From assembly GCA_964539545.1 (NCBI GenBank), contig CAZIJG010000002.1:6624-70623 (forward strand): a DNA stretch of 64,000 nucleotides, given 5' to 3'. The translations under genes and the position numbers were made by a program. The notes below the pieces were generated by a model. That model did not search any database, had not been told where the DNA came from, and saw only the letters and a program-made list of their open reading frames with translations. Position 1 is the first letter of the stretch, and each line of letters begins with the position of its first letter. The DNA comes from an uncultured Gammaproteobacteria bacterium (GTDB lineage: Bacteria > Patescibacteriota > Patescibacteriia > Patescibacteriales > UBA12465). This document shows positions 9,449-19,161 of this stretch, one piece after another.

Positions 9449-9859
9449 TTAACTAATATTGCCCCCATTAGCATGGACAATGCCGGCTTCAAAACTAAAT
9501 CCCTGTGCCGATTCTCCATTGATGGTAAAGTTAAACCAGGAATTCATACCATTTCTCTCAAGTTCGTTAATTAACATCTTTTTAGCTGCTATTTCAATAT
9601 GATCAACCATATCGTAATTTGCTATCTGTCCATTAGTAACTCCTACCGGCCCAGTTACTTCAATATCTGCCTTAAAATTAACTCTAAGACAATAATCGTC
9701 AATACTTCTAAACTCTTGAGTAAAACTAATCCTCATCTTAGACTCAATAACCACAGAATTTCTATCCAGAGCAAGAATATATTTTTGCCCAAATATTAAC
9801 ACTTTCTTACGATACACTACCCATTGATTTTTCTTTACTTTTCTTGGTATACATTCCAA
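9449..9859 (-). CDS. hypothetical protein (start may be internal Met at ~9736)
   Basis: ORF track; overlaps upstream ORF by 53 nt in a different frame. Confidence 0.4.
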   Translation of the reverse strand: MECIPRKVKKNQWVVYRKKVLIFGQKYILALDRNSVVIESKMRISFTQEFRSIDDYCLRVNFKADIEVTGPVGVTNGQIANYDMVDHIEIAAKKMLINELERNGMNSWFNFTINGESAQGFSFEAGIVHANGGNIS

Positions 9860-10172
9860 AAAAAAATAGGATGATAACTATTGAGGAAAACACTATTAAA
9901 ACAATCTGCAACATTTCCTGGCGCCTAGATCCCAATGTGATAATCGCTAGGAGAAAAAAAAGAGTCCCCATAAGTCTTTTTCCAACAGTATCTACTCTTG
10001 TTTTCTTGAAAGGAAAAATATATAATCCTAAAAATAAAATAGAGGCTGCAGCTAATACGCTGGCAAACCTCACATCACAAGACGGAAAGGTCATAAATAT
10101 AGAAATAAATAACATCAGAACCACAGATATAACTGGGGCAAAAATAAAAAAATATTTAATTAAAAATTTCAT
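9807..10172 (-). CDS. hypothetical integral membrane protein (3-4 TM)
   Basis: Strongly hydrophobic segments; plus-strand ORF 9844..10176 judged antisense artefact. Confidence 0.5.
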   Translation of the reverse strand: MKFLIKYFFIFAPVISVVLMLFISIFMTFPSCDVRFASVLAAASILFLGLYIFPFKKTRVDTVGKRLMGTLFFLLAIITLGSRRQEMLQIVLIVFSSIVIILFFFGMYTKKSKEKSMGSVS

Positions 10173-10270
10173 CTGATACAGTATTTAATTAATAAAAAGA
10201 ACGAAAATTAATTAATAAATTGTATGACTTATACTCTAAATTGTCAAGACAAAAAGAAAAAAGAGCCTTA

Positions 10271-10591
10271 TTAAAGCTCTTTATTATTTAATGTCCTCAC
10301 GGACAAGATTTCTGTGGCCTGAACGCTAAAATTAACGCCATCAATAGCTCCTCTATAGTTTAAAACCAAAAGAGAATTAAGGCCTTTTTCATTTAATTCA
10401 TCAGAAATTACATTACTAGCTTTTGCCAGAATTTTTTTTAAAGTGTTAATTTTCACCAATTTTTTATCAACACTGTTAATAACATTGTTGAGTTTACCAG
10501 TAATCTTAAAACGTACATCACCACTTACATGAACGACATCGATAACTTCTGACTGGATGACTGCTCCTTCTTCCAAAATAGTGTTTTCCAT
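10271..10591 (-). CDS. hypothetical protein (possibly Asp23/Gls24-like, weak)
   Basis: ORF track; weak resemblance only. Confidence 0.4.
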   Translation of the reverse strand: MENTILEEGAVIQSEVIDVVHVSGDVRFKITGKLNNVINSVDKKLVKINTLKKILAKASNVISDELNEKGLNSLLVLNYRGAIDGVNFSVQATEILSVRTLNNKEL

Positions 10592-10671
10592 GGCTATATC
10601 TATTTATATTAATAAAGAACTCAAGTTAATTAATCCTACTATTTCCCTCTTGCTATGTCAATATTGAAAAA

Positions 10672-10700
10672 AGAAGGGTCAACATAATAGTTGACCCTTT
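10672..10700 (-). terminator. Rho-independent terminator downstream of 10739..11116 gene
   Basis: agggtcaac/gttgaccct hairpin followed on minus strand by T run. Confidence 0.55.
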
Positions 10701-10738
10701 AATCTGTAATAATGAATTGTTAAATTTGTTTAATAACT

Positions 10739-11116
10739 TTAATGAACAGTGTTCCTAAAGGAACAATTTTCCCAAAGAGGGATGAGAAGTTTAGATTCCA
10801 GTTGAGTCAGTAACGGGGATTTTGCAATCAAACCATGTTGTATCCCCTCAATTTTGACGATAGCACTATGTAAATGATAATACCAATCCAAAACCTTATA
10901 ATGACAATAATTCCACCAGTGATTGATGCTTACAACCCTATAACGCTGTAGACGTAAATTTTGGCTAAGCACCGGTACTATTGGTACTGTAGTCCGTTGT
11001 GGTAGTACAGCCTTACCATCTAGGGAAACTATTGCTTCCTGACTAATAGTGTAAACTTGCTCATCTTGTGCTGGGCTTAATGCTATAAAAAAAATAGCTA
11101 AGATCAACAATTTCAT
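10739..11116 (-). CDS. hypothetical secreted protein (signal peptide, Trp/Cys containing)
   Basis: N-terminal MKLLILAIFFIALSPAQDEQ signal-like sequence. Confidence 0.5.
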   Translation of the reverse strand: MKLLILAIFFIALSPAQDEQVYTISQEAIVSLDGKAVLPQRTTVPIVPVLSQNLRLQRYRVVSINHWWNYCHYKVLDWYYHLHSAIVKIEGIQHGLIAKSPLLTQLESKLLIPLWENCSFRNTVH

Positions 11117-11165
11117 AATGAACGATTTAAATGTAATTAAATTATATCTGATAAAAATATTTTTG

Positions 11166-11196
11166 TAAAGAAAAAGACTGCAAAAATGCAGTCTTC
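11166..11196 (-). terminator. Rho-independent terminator downstream of tRNA-Leu/ssrA/smpB unit
   Basis: agactgca aaaa tgcagtct hairpin with T run on minus strand. Confidence 0.55.
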
Positions 11197-11206
11197 TTCA
11201 TATTCT

Positions 11207-11294
11207 TGGGTGCCGCGGGGGAGACTCGAACTCCCACGGTATCACTACCACTGGATTTTAAGTCCAGCGCGTCTACCAGTTCCGCCACCGCGGC
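11207..11294 (-). tRNA. tRNA-Leu (anticodon TAA), long variable arm
   Basis: Minus-strand GCCGCGGTGGCGGAACTGGTAGACGCG-CTGGA-CTTAAAA-TCCAG-long extra arm-GGGAGTTCGAGTCTCCC-CCGCGGC-A. Confidence 0.75.
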
Positions 11295-11300
11295 GCCTTG

Positions 11301-11688
11301 TGGAGATGGTGGGAATCGAACCCACGTCTAACAAACCATATTTAAATAAGTTTACAGAGATATTTCAGCTTAAAAATTAAAAATAGCCGTTTAAACCGAA
11401 CAAAATCGACTATTTCTGTCCTCTTGAGGTTTCGATTCTAAAGACAAAGGCAAGCTTTAAAATCTATTTTCATAATTAACACCTGGAACCCAACTATGAA
11501 AACTCGTTGGCCAGATGGTTGTAGCGATTTTAGGCTACAACTGGCGCAAAACTAGGAACTTTCCATGAGAAAGCCTTTGCTTTGCTAGTAAATGTTTTTG
11601 CAATTACTTGTTTTAAGCTAGATTAACGTGTTAACTCAATCACGCTCTGAATATTTAATAGTGTCTGCTATCGATGCCGATCATCCCC
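11301..11688 (-). ncRNA. ssrA: tmRNA (SsrA)
   Basis: 5' GGGGATGATCGGCATCGATAGC... and 3' ...GACGTGGGTTCGATTCCCACCATCTCCACCA closely match the tRNA-like domain of tmRNAs (E. coli 3' end GGACGCGGGTTCAACTCCCGCCAGCTCCACCA); stop codon TAA sits in hairpin loop gttgtagcCTAAaatcgctacaac; immediately downstream of smpB. Confidence 0.8.
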
Positions 11689-11692
11689 AAGC

Positions 11693-12154
11693 TTACACTT
11701 TTCTCTTTGTTAACGATCTTAACCTTCTGTCTAAATCTCGCTTCTTGATATCTTCTCTCTTATCAGCTTGTTTCTTACCTTTAGCTACAGCAATCTCTAA
11801 CTTCAAAAAGCTATGTTTAGTATATATTCTTAAGGGAATAAGTGTCAAGCCAGCTTCCTTAGACTTGCCCAATAATCTATTAATTTCTGATCTATGAAGC
11901 AATAATTGTCTAGAAGCTTGGGCTTCATAATTTTCAACTATTCCCGCTGGTCTATACAAAGGAATGTGAGCTTGCAACAAAAATGGTACTAAATTTCCAT
12001 TTTGTTTTTTAAAACTAATATAGCTACCCTTAAGATTTGCTTGATTACCTTTGACTGCTTTAACTTCATAACCCTTCAGAATCAGACCTGCTTCGTAAGT
12101 TTCTAAAATATGATAATTATGTCTAGCTTGTTTGTTCAAGGCTAGGGTAGCCAT
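11693..12154 (-). CDS. smpB: SsrA-binding protein SmpB
   Basis: MATLALNKQARHNYHILETYEAGLILKGYEVKAVK... canonical SmpB. Confidence 0.9.
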   Translation of the reverse strand: MATLALNKQARHNYHILETYEAGLILKGYEVKAVKGNQANLKGSYISFKKQNGNLVPFLLQAHIPLYRPAGIVENYEAQASRQLLLHRSEINRLLGKSKEAGLTLIPLRIYTKHSFLKLEIAVAKGKKQADKREDIKKRDLDRRLRSLTKRKV

Positions 12155-12158
12155 AGTT

Positions 12159-13448
12159 TTATTTTTTAATATTCCATTCTTTAAGCTGAGAGATAACTTT
12201 CTGATTACCTAATAGATTACCGAGATATGCTCGATAGTGAGGAGCTTTAATCATGTCCTGAACCTTATCATCTCCTTTATACTGTTCCTTCAACTCTGCA
12301 ACTTTTGCGTCGATATCTTTATCAGTAATTTCAATTTTTTCTTTTTTAGCAATTTCTTTTACTAACAAAGCACTCTTTACTCTCTTTAGGGCTTCTGGAA
12401 GCATATCTATAGTTAATTCTTCTCGAGTCTTGCTAATACTGCTTAGATAGTCTTCAAATTTACCACCCTGACGTTCGATTGACTGCTTCATTTCTTCAAA
12501 CATGTTATTAGTTTCATGTTCAATTAATACTTCTGGTATATCGCCAAATTTAACATTCTTTAGAATTGCATCTAGTATAACGATTTCTGTTTTTTGTTCA
12601 TTTTTATGTTCCTTTTCATGCTTAATGTTATTAATTAGGTTGTCTTTTAACTCCTGTAGATTCTTAAATTGGAAGGCTGTAGCAAATTCATCATCTAACT
12701 TAGGGATGTCTCTTTCATAAACTTCTTTAATCCCAACTTTAAAATCTACCATTTTGCCAGCTAAGTGCTTTTGATGATGATTTTCTGGAAATGGCAAACT
12801 AAAACTCTTAGTCTCACCTTTCTTAGCCTTCAACAACTTTTTGTCTAAACCTGGTAAAAAATAATCTTTACCGATCAGTACTGTGGCATCTTGACTTTGG
12901 CCACCTTCAACCGGAACTTTATCTTGAAACATTTCAATTTTAGCTGTTACCTTATCTCCTTCTTTAATCTCTCTATCTACAACTTTTTCTTGAACTTTCA
13001 TTTCAGCTAATTGTTCAAGAGTTTTTTCAATTTCTTTATCCTCAACTTTAACTTCTTCTTTCTCAACTCCTAATTTTTTATATTCACCTAAAGTTATTTT
13101 TGGCAAAATAGCAATTTCCAGTTTATATTCTAAATCATTATCTGGAGCTAATTTGTTAATACTAACCTTAGGCTGTCCAACTGCTTGTTGGCTACCTATT
13201 CCTTCCTTCATAACTTTATCGAAGTTTTTACTAATAGCAATAGAGGCGGCTTCTTCTAAAATCGCCATTTCGCCTACCTTCTGTTTTAACACATCCAAAG
13301 GCACCTTACCTGATCTAAAGCCTTCAACCTTAACTCTCTTAGACACCTCTTCAGCTCCTTTAGCTAAATAGGGTTCAAACTCTTTCCAAGTTAAAGTAAC
13401 TGTTAATTCTACCTGGGATTTCTCCAGGTCTTTTTTCTTAATATCCAT
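12159..13448 (-). CDS. tig: trigger factor
   Basis: N-terminal ribosome-binding signature GFRSGKVP; PPIase-like and C-terminal domains by length/organisation. Confidence 0.85.
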   Translation of the reverse strand: MDIKKKDLEKSQVELTVTLTWKEFEPYLAKGAEEVSKRVKVEGFRSGKVPLDVLKQKVGEMAILEEAASIAISKNFDKVMKEGIGSQQAVGQPKVSINKLAPDNDLEYKLEIAILPKITLGEYKKLGVEKEEVKVEDKEIEKTLEQLAEMKVQEKVVDREIKEGDKVTAKIEMFQDKVPVEGGQSQDATVLIGKDYFLPGLDKKLLKAKKGETKSFSLPFPENHHQKHLAGKMVDFKVGIKEVYERDIPKLDDEFATAFQFKNLQELKDNLINNIKHEKEHKNEQKTEIVILDAILKNVKFGDIPEVLIEHETNNMFEEMKQSIERQGGKFEDYLSSISKTREELTIDMLPEALKRVKSALLVKEIAKKEKIEITDKDIDAKVAELKEQYKGDDKVQDMIKAPHYRAYLGNLLGNQKVISQLKEWNIKK

Positions 13449-13461
13449 AAGTCTTTTTATA

Positions 13462-15450
13462 TTAAACTAGTAGAGCTACGATAAGTAGAGCTACGATATT
13501 CAAAATTTTAATCATTGGGTTAATAGCTGGTCCAGCTGTATCCTTATATGGATCACCTACTGTATCCCCGGTAACTGCAGCTTTATGAGCTTCTGAGCCC
13601 TTACCACCACAATGACCATCCTCAATATATTTTTTAGCGTTGTCCCAGGCACCACCACCGGAAGTCATAGAAATAGCTACGAAGATACCAGTGACAATAG
13701 CACCAACTAATACACCTCCTAGAGCAGCTGGTCCTAATATAAAGCCAACAAGAATTGGAGTGATTACTGGGATCAAGGCTGGAACAATCATTTGTCTAAT
13801 AGCGGCCTTGGTAACAATGTCTACAGTTCTACCATAATCTGGTTTTTCAGTCCCTTCCATAATACCTGGCTTCTCACTAAATTGTTTTCTAACATCAGAC
13901 ACCACTGAACCGGCTGTTTTTCCTACCGCCTTCATAGACAAGGCAGCGAAATAGAATGGTAATAAACCACCAATAAATAAACCAGCAAGCACGTAGGGGT
14001 CATTAATTGCGAAACTAACACCATCGCCTAGACTATGGGTATAGTCAGCAAACAACACTAGAGCCGCCAGGGCAGCACTGCCAATAGCATATCCCTTGGT
14101 AACAGCTTTTGTAGTATTTCCTACTGCATCCAGTGGATCAGTAATATTTCTTACTTCTTCTCCTAATTCTGCCATTTCAGCAATACCACCAGCATTATCT
14201 GTGATTGGGCCATAGGCATCCATGGTCACAATAATTCCAGTTAGAGAAAGCATGGCGATAGCAGCTACGGCTACTCCGTATAAACCAACCAAGGAATAGG
14301 ATCCTAGGATAGCCGCTACGATTACCAACACTGGCCATAGAGTAGACTGTAATGAAACTGCTAAACCAGCAATCACATTAGTACCATGCCCAGTTTCAGA
14401 AGCCTTAGCAATATCTTTTACTGGTTTGAATTTAGTAGAAGTATAATATTCAGTAATCACAACTAATAGAGCAGTTACCACTAAACCAATCAGAGCAGCT
14501 AAATATACATCTACATAATTATAAATTGGGTTATCTTTAAAGAAATATACTGTTATAGGATAAAAACCAATGGCAGACAGAAGACCGGCAACACCTAAAC
14601 CTTTGTATAAAGCTCTCATAATATTCTTTTTCTTTCCTAGTCTGATAAAGAAAATTCCAATTACTGAAGCGACAATAGAAAGCGCTCCTAGTACTAAAGG
14701 ATAGATAATAACATTCTCATTACCAACAAAAGTCAGAGCTCCTAGAATCATAGCTGCAGTAGTAGTTACGGCATAGGTTTCAAATAGATCAGCGGCCATA
14801 CCAGCACAATCGCCAACGTTGTCACCAACGTTATCAGCAATTACAGCTGGGTTACGAGGGTCGTCTTCAGGGATACCAGCTTCAATTTTACCAACTAAGT
14901 CAGCTCCTACATCAGCAGCCTTGGTATAAATACCTCCGCCCAAACGAGCAAAGATAGAAATTAAAGAGCCACCAAAACTAAAACCGATTAAAGCGTATAG
15001 ATCGTGAGTTAATAAATAAAAGCCAGCTGTACCAAGTAAAGCTAAGCCAACTACTAACATACCAGTTACACTACCACCTCTTACTGCTACTTTTAGACCT
15101 TCTTTTAATCCCTTGCGGGCAGCTTCAGCAGTTCTAACATTAGCTCTTACACTAACATGCATACCAATATATCCCGCTAAACCAGAAAGTACGGAACCAG
15201 CTAAGAAAGCTAGAGCAGTTAACCATCCTAGACTAGGAATAAATCCAATTACAAAAAACAGGATTAGAGCCACAATACCAATAGTTTGATATTGACGATT
15301 TAAGAAAGCTTTAGCTCCAGTTTGGATAGCCTTAGCAATTTCTTGCATTTTGTCATTACCGCTAGGCAATTTAACAATTGAGCGAATAGCTATTACTCCA
15401 TAGATTAGAGCAATCAGTGCGCTACCGATGATAAAAATGGTGCTGACCAT
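13462..15450 (-). CDS. hppA: membrane-bound proton/sodium-translocating pyrophosphatase (H+-PPase)
   Basis: Signature [22 protein letters not shown] and ~15 TM helices. Confidence 0.9.
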   Translation of the reverse strand: MVSTIFIIGSALIALIYGVIAIRSIVKLPSGNDKMQEIAKAIQTGAKAFLNRQYQTIGIVALILFFVIGFIPSLGWLTALAFLAGSVLSGLAGYIGMHVSVRANVRTAEAARKGLKEGLKVAVRGGSVTGMLVVGLALLGTAGFYLLTHDLYALIGFSFGGSLISIFARLGGGIYTKAADVGADLVGKIEAGIPEDDPRNPAVIADNVGDNVGDCAGMAADLFETYAVTTTAAMILGALTFVGNENVIIYPLVLGALSIVASVIGIFFIRLGKKKNIMRALYKGLGVAGLLSAIGFYPITVYFFKDNPIYNYVDVYLAALIGLVVTALLVVITEYYTSTKFKPVKDIAKASETGHGTNVIAGLAVSLQSTLWPVLVIVAAILGSYSLVGLYGVAVAAIAMLSLTGIIVTMDAYGPITDNAGGIAEMAELGEEVRNITDPLDAVGNTTKAVTKGYAIGSAALAALVLFADYTHSLGDGVSFAINDPYVLAGLFIGGLLPFYFAALSMKAVGKTAGSVVSDVRKQFSEKPGIMEGTEKPDYGRTVDIVTKAAIRQMIVPALIPVITPILVGFILGPAALGGVLVGAIVTGIFVAISMTSGGGAWDNAKKYIEDGHCGGKGSEAHKAAVTGDTVGDPYKDTAGPAINPMIKILNIVALLIVALLV

Positions 15451-15469
15451 AATTTTAAATTTAATTTTA

Positions 15470-15772
15470 TTATTTATTAATCTTATTTTCCCACTTATCC
15501 ATTTTCTTAGAGAACAGCTCTTTAAGCTCTTCTAGGGAAAGTTTAGGATTAGCGTGGTGGATAACTGCAAAAGCTACCAACAGTACATCGACAGCTTCTT
15601 CAGTAATATCATTAGAATCAAGTCCTTTGTAAGCACAAGCAGAAACTTTTTCATGAGACATTACCGCTTCAGCTAATTCACCATATTCCTCAACTCCTTT
15701 TAGAGTTCTCTCTATTAGAGTCTTCGAATCTTTAATGGTTAAAGAATTAATCCTTTCTATAATCTTATTCAT
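15470..15772 (-). CDS. MazG-like nucleotide pyrophosphohydrolase domain protein
   Basis: [10 protein letters not shown] motif (E-x2-E-x-GD/EL-x-E) of MazG/all-alpha NTP-PPase family; 100 aa. Confidence 0.55.
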   Translation of the reverse strand: MNKIIERINSLTIKDSKTLIERTLKGVEEYGELAEAVMSHEKVSACAYKGLDSNDITEEAVDVLLVAFAVIHHANPKLSLEELKELFSKKMDKWENKINK

Positions 15773-15782
15773 ATTTATTTAT

Positions 15783-17120
15783 TTATTTTTTCTTATCTGT
15801 CTTCTCTTCTTTAGCTTCCTTTTTTACTTTCTTTTCTTTCTTATCGTCTTTTTCTTCCTTATCATCTTTTTTCTTTTTCTTATCATCTTTTTTTGCTTTT
15901 TTCTCCTCAGCCTCTTTCTTATCTTTCTTATCATCCTTCTTGTCGTCTTTCTTGTCATCTTTCTTATCTTTCTTATCAGCCTTTTCTTTCTCCTTTGCAT
16001 CAGTTGAAGTCACAGCTTCCTGGCCATCTACTATAATATCTATTTTCCAACCAGTTAGATGCGCCGCTAATCTAACATTCTGTCCATTTTTACCAATAGC
16101 TAAAGATAATTTATCTTCGGCTACTTTAACTATAGCCTTACCATCTTCTTCTTTCAAATCAATCCCTAAAACTTGAGCTGGGGACAAAGCATTGGCAATA
16201 AATTTACCTGGGTCTTCATCATATTCAATAATATCTACTTTTTCTCCTCCTAACTCATTGATAATAGTTTGGATTCTAGCGCCTCTTTGGCCAACACAAG
16301 ATCCGACTGGATCCACATTATCAGCTTCAGTAAAAATTGCTACCTTAGAACGAGAACCAGCTTCCCTGGCCACACCTTTTATTTCAATCAAACCATTAGA
16401 AACTTCTGGAATTTCTAAATAAAATATTTTTCTTAAAATTTCTTCAGAACGACGAGATAAAATAATTTCAGCTCCTTTAGCTCCTGACCTTACTTCTTTA
16501 ATAAACACTTTAACTCTTTCACCTGGATTATATTTTTCTCCAGGAATCTGCTCTTCATAGGGTAAATAACCAGCGGCCTTGCCTAAATCAACTAGCACAA
16601 ATCTAGCTTCACGTCTTTGAACAATTCCACTAACAACTTCATTTTCCTTATCTTTGAATTCATTAAAAATCATTTCTCTTTCAATTTCTCTTAATTTCTG
16701 TACAATCACCTGCTTGGCAGTTTGAGCGGCCATGCGACCATAGTTATCTGGAGCTGGTAAATCAGAAACAATTTCGTCTCCAATCTTTGCTCCAGATTTA
16801 AGAATTTTGGCTTCACTAATCTGAATTTCAGTCCTAGGATTAAAACGTTTAATTTCTTCACCATTTTCGTCTACAGTTGGTCTTTCATCTTCTGATTCAC
16901 CTTCTAATTCTTCTGGAATGTCCTCCGCTACTATTTTCGCATCAAAAATCTTCGATTTACCTGTTTTAGGATCAAATTTTACTCTAATGTTTTGATTTTT
17001 TTCACCGAAATCTTTGCGATAAGCAGCCGCTAAAGCTAACTCTATAGTAGAAACCACTGCATCAAAATCTAGATTCTTTTCTTCACATATTTGTTTAATA
17101 GCGCTAGATAATTCTGACAT
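15783..17120 (-). CDS. nusA: transcription termination/antitermination factor NusA with K/D-rich C-terminal tail
   Basis: NusA N-domain, S1 and tandem KH domains (GSCVGQRGARIQ); C-terminal (KKDD)n low complexity. Confidence 0.85.
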   Translation of the reverse strand: MSELSSAIKQICEEKNLDFDAVVSTIELALAAAYRKDFGEKNQNIRVKFDPKTGKSKIFDAKIVAEDIPEELEGESEDERPTVDENGEEIKRFNPRTEIQISEAKILKSGAKIGDEIVSDLPAPDNYGRMAAQTAKQVIVQKLREIEREMIFNEFKDKENEVVSGIVQRREARFVLVDLGKAAGYLPYEEQIPGEKYNPGERVKVFIKEVRSGAKGAEIILSRRSEEILRKIFYLEIPEVSNGLIEIKGVAREAGSRSKVAIFTEADNVDPVGSCVGQRGARIQTIINELGGEKVDIIEYDEDPGKFIANALSPAQVLGIDLKEEDGKAIVKVAEDKLSLAIGKNGQNVRLAAHLTGWKIDIIVDGQEAVTSTDAKEKEKADKKDKKDDKKDDKKDDKKDKKEAEEKKAKKDDKKKKKDDKEEKDDKKEKKVKKEAKEEKTDKKK

Positions 17121-17235
17121 AATTTTAAAATTAAATTAGACATATTTGCCTACTCATTTAAAAAAGCCAATTGTATTAAACAACTAGCTTTTGTATATAT
17201 ATACTAACAATTGTTATGGAGTTTGTCAAAACAAA

Positions 17236-17679
17236 CTAGTAGTCTGGATTCAGATATTGGACCTCATTAGTGGTAATAGCTACCATTCGACGGAGAATGA
17301 AATATGAAAGACTCCAAGAAGCAAAGGCAATTACCAGTCCGATCATAGCATTGGTTATGTTTTTCTTGGCTTTCGACACCTGTTCTTCATTGCCGCCAGC
17401 AGTCATCCAGCGATAGCCAGCTAAAACTATGAGGACAAAAAATACTACACTTAAAAAACTAAGGGCAAGATTGACTACTTTTACTATAGTATATCTAATG
17501 TCTTGCGGAGTACCAGCTTCACCGTAAGCCTTTTCGCCGACCACTTTAATACCAACCTGAGCATCCCATAGCCCACCATCAGCTGAGGCCTTACTTGCCA
17601 TAGTCATGCCAATCGCTGGTAAAATTATAAATGTGAATAATAGTAAAAATGATGCTATTTTTTTCTTGGCGCTACTCAT
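17236..17679 (-). CDS. hypothetical membrane protein; topology (signal/TM + hairpin of two TM with short AGG loop) resembles TrbC/VirB2-type pilin
   Basis: Hydropathy pattern only; motif ...LAGYRWMTAGGNEEQ... between two TM segments. Confidence 0.45.
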   Translation of the reverse strand: MSSAKKKIASFLLLFTFIILPAIGMTMASKASADGGLWDAQVGIKVVGEKAYGEAGTPQDIRYTIVKVVNLALSFLSVVFFVLIVLAGYRWMTAGGNEEQVSKAKKNITNAMIGLVIAFASWSLSYFILRRMVAITTNEVQYLNPDY

Positions 17680-17726
17680 ACCCTTTATGTTATAATTTAA
17701 TTACTTATCTATTATACCAAAATTAA

Positions 17727-19160
17727 ATGCAACTACAAACTAAAATTGCCCACAATACGATAATCCAGGTCGCTAGCAAAGTAATTTCCACTGCCTTGGG
17801 TCTTGTTGCTATCGCTCTAATAACTAGATATCTAGGAGCTACAGGCTTTGGCGAATATACCACTATAGTAACTTTCATCTCATTCTTTGCTATTATTGCT
17901 GATTTTGGCTTGACCTTAATTACCGTACAGATGATTAGCTTACCAGGGATATCTGAAAAGAAAGTTCTAGATAACTTATTTGCTCTACGTTTAGTTAGTG
18001 CCGTAATCTTTTTAAGTCTAGGGCCGGCTATCGTTTGGTTTTTCCCCTATGACCATATGATTAAGGTAGGGGTGCTCATTTTAGCCCTATCTTTTTTATT
18101 TATAGCGCTTAATCAAATTTTAGTTGGATTGTTCCAAAAGAGATTGCGCATGGACAAAGTCTCTATCTCTGAAGTAGTCGGCAGAATATTTTTAGTAATT
18201 GGAGTTTGGTTAGCAGTAAAAAATAACCTTGGTCTAAACAGCATCCTATGGACAACTGTAGTCGCTAGTTTTGTTAATTTCTTGTTACATTTTGTTTTCT
18301 CACGTAAATTTGCCAAGATTAGTTTAGAGTGTGACTGGTCTCTATGGAAAAAAATTATTAAAAAGTCATGGCCCTTAGCAATAATTATTGTTTTTAATCT
18401 AATTTATTTAAAAGCTGATACTTTGATCTTGTCCCTGGTTCAACCTCAAGCTGAAGTTGGTCTCTACGGAGCTGCCTACAAAGTAATTGATGTGCTAATC
18501 ACTGTTCCTTTTATGTTTGCCGGCTTGGTATTACCATTCTTAACTAGCCATTGGGCTAAAAAAGAGACTTCGGCCTTTAAACATGTTCTACAAAAATCTT
18601 TTGACTTTATGTCTATTCTGGCTATCCCTATAGTTTTTGGTGTGGTCATCTTAGCCCCACAAATAATTCAATTGATTGCTGGCAATAAATTTGCTCAATC
18701 AGCAATGATTCTCAGAATATTAATCCTAGCAGCCTTCATGATTTTCTTGGGAACTTTATTCTCCCATGCCATCATTGCTATGAACAAACAGCGCAAGCTT
18801 ATTCCTTTGTATCTATTTACCAGCTTAACTGCTTTAGTCGGCTATCTTATCTTCATTCCTAAATACTCATACATTGGAGCTGCCTGGATGACTATCTACA
18901 GTGAAACTATGGTAGCTGCTTTATCTGGTTATTATATTTATAAGTTCGCCAAATTTATACCTCAGGCTAAAGTATTTTTTAAGGCTATCTTATCCGCTCT
19001 AATAATGTCTGGCGTCCTCTTATTAATACCAGCTAGTTTCACTTTCAACTGGCTCGGCCTATTAGCTACCATATTAATAGCTTGTCTAGTATACTTTACA
19101 ACTCTTTATCTATTTAAAGGGATTTCTCGTCAGGACTTAGCTTCTCTAAAGACTAAATAG
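17727..19160 (+). CDS. polysaccharide biosynthesis protein / oligosaccharide flippase (MOP/Wzx-like)
   Basis: 477 aa, ~12-14 TM helices, typical Wzx-like organisation. Confidence 0.55.
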   Translation: MQLQTKIAHNTIIQVASKVISTALGLVAIALITRYLGATGFGEYTTIVTFISFFAIIADFGLTLITVQMISLPGISEKKVLDNLFALRLVSAVIFLSLGPAIVWFFPYDHMIKVGVLILALSFLFIALNQILVGLFQKRLRMDKVSISEVVGRIFLVIGVWLAVKNNLGLNSILWTTVVASFVNFLLHFVFSRKFAKISLECDWSLWKKIIKKSWPLAIIIVFNLIYLKADTLILSLVQPQAEVGLYGAAYKVIDVLITVPFMFAGLVLPFLTSHWAKKETSAFKHVLQKSFDFMSILAIPIVFGVVILAPQIIQLIAGNKFAQSAMILRILILAAFMIFLGTLFSHAIIAMNKQRKLIPLYLFTSLTALVGYLIFIPKYSYIGAAWMTIYSETMVAALSGYYIYKFAKFIPQAKVFFKAILSALIMSGVLLLIPASFTFNWLGLLATILIACLVYFTTLYLFKGISRQDLASLKTK

Positions 19161-19161
19161 T

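Noticed and set aside
9807-9859. Possible frameshifted single gene (membrane N-domain 9807..10172 + soluble domain 9449..9859)
   Set aside because: The ORFs are in different frames with a 53-nt overlap. An internal Met at ~9736 gives a simpler two-gene model. A frameshift cannot be excluded without homologs.
11186-11897. ORFs 11186..11380(+) and 11628..11897(+)
   Set aside because: They lie over tRNA-Leu, tmRNA and the smpB 3' end; RNA-gene structure explains the sequence.
15735-16007. 90-aa plus-strand ORF of F/L/I repeats
   Set aside because: Antisense of the (KKDD)n low-complexity tail of nusA; compositional artefact.
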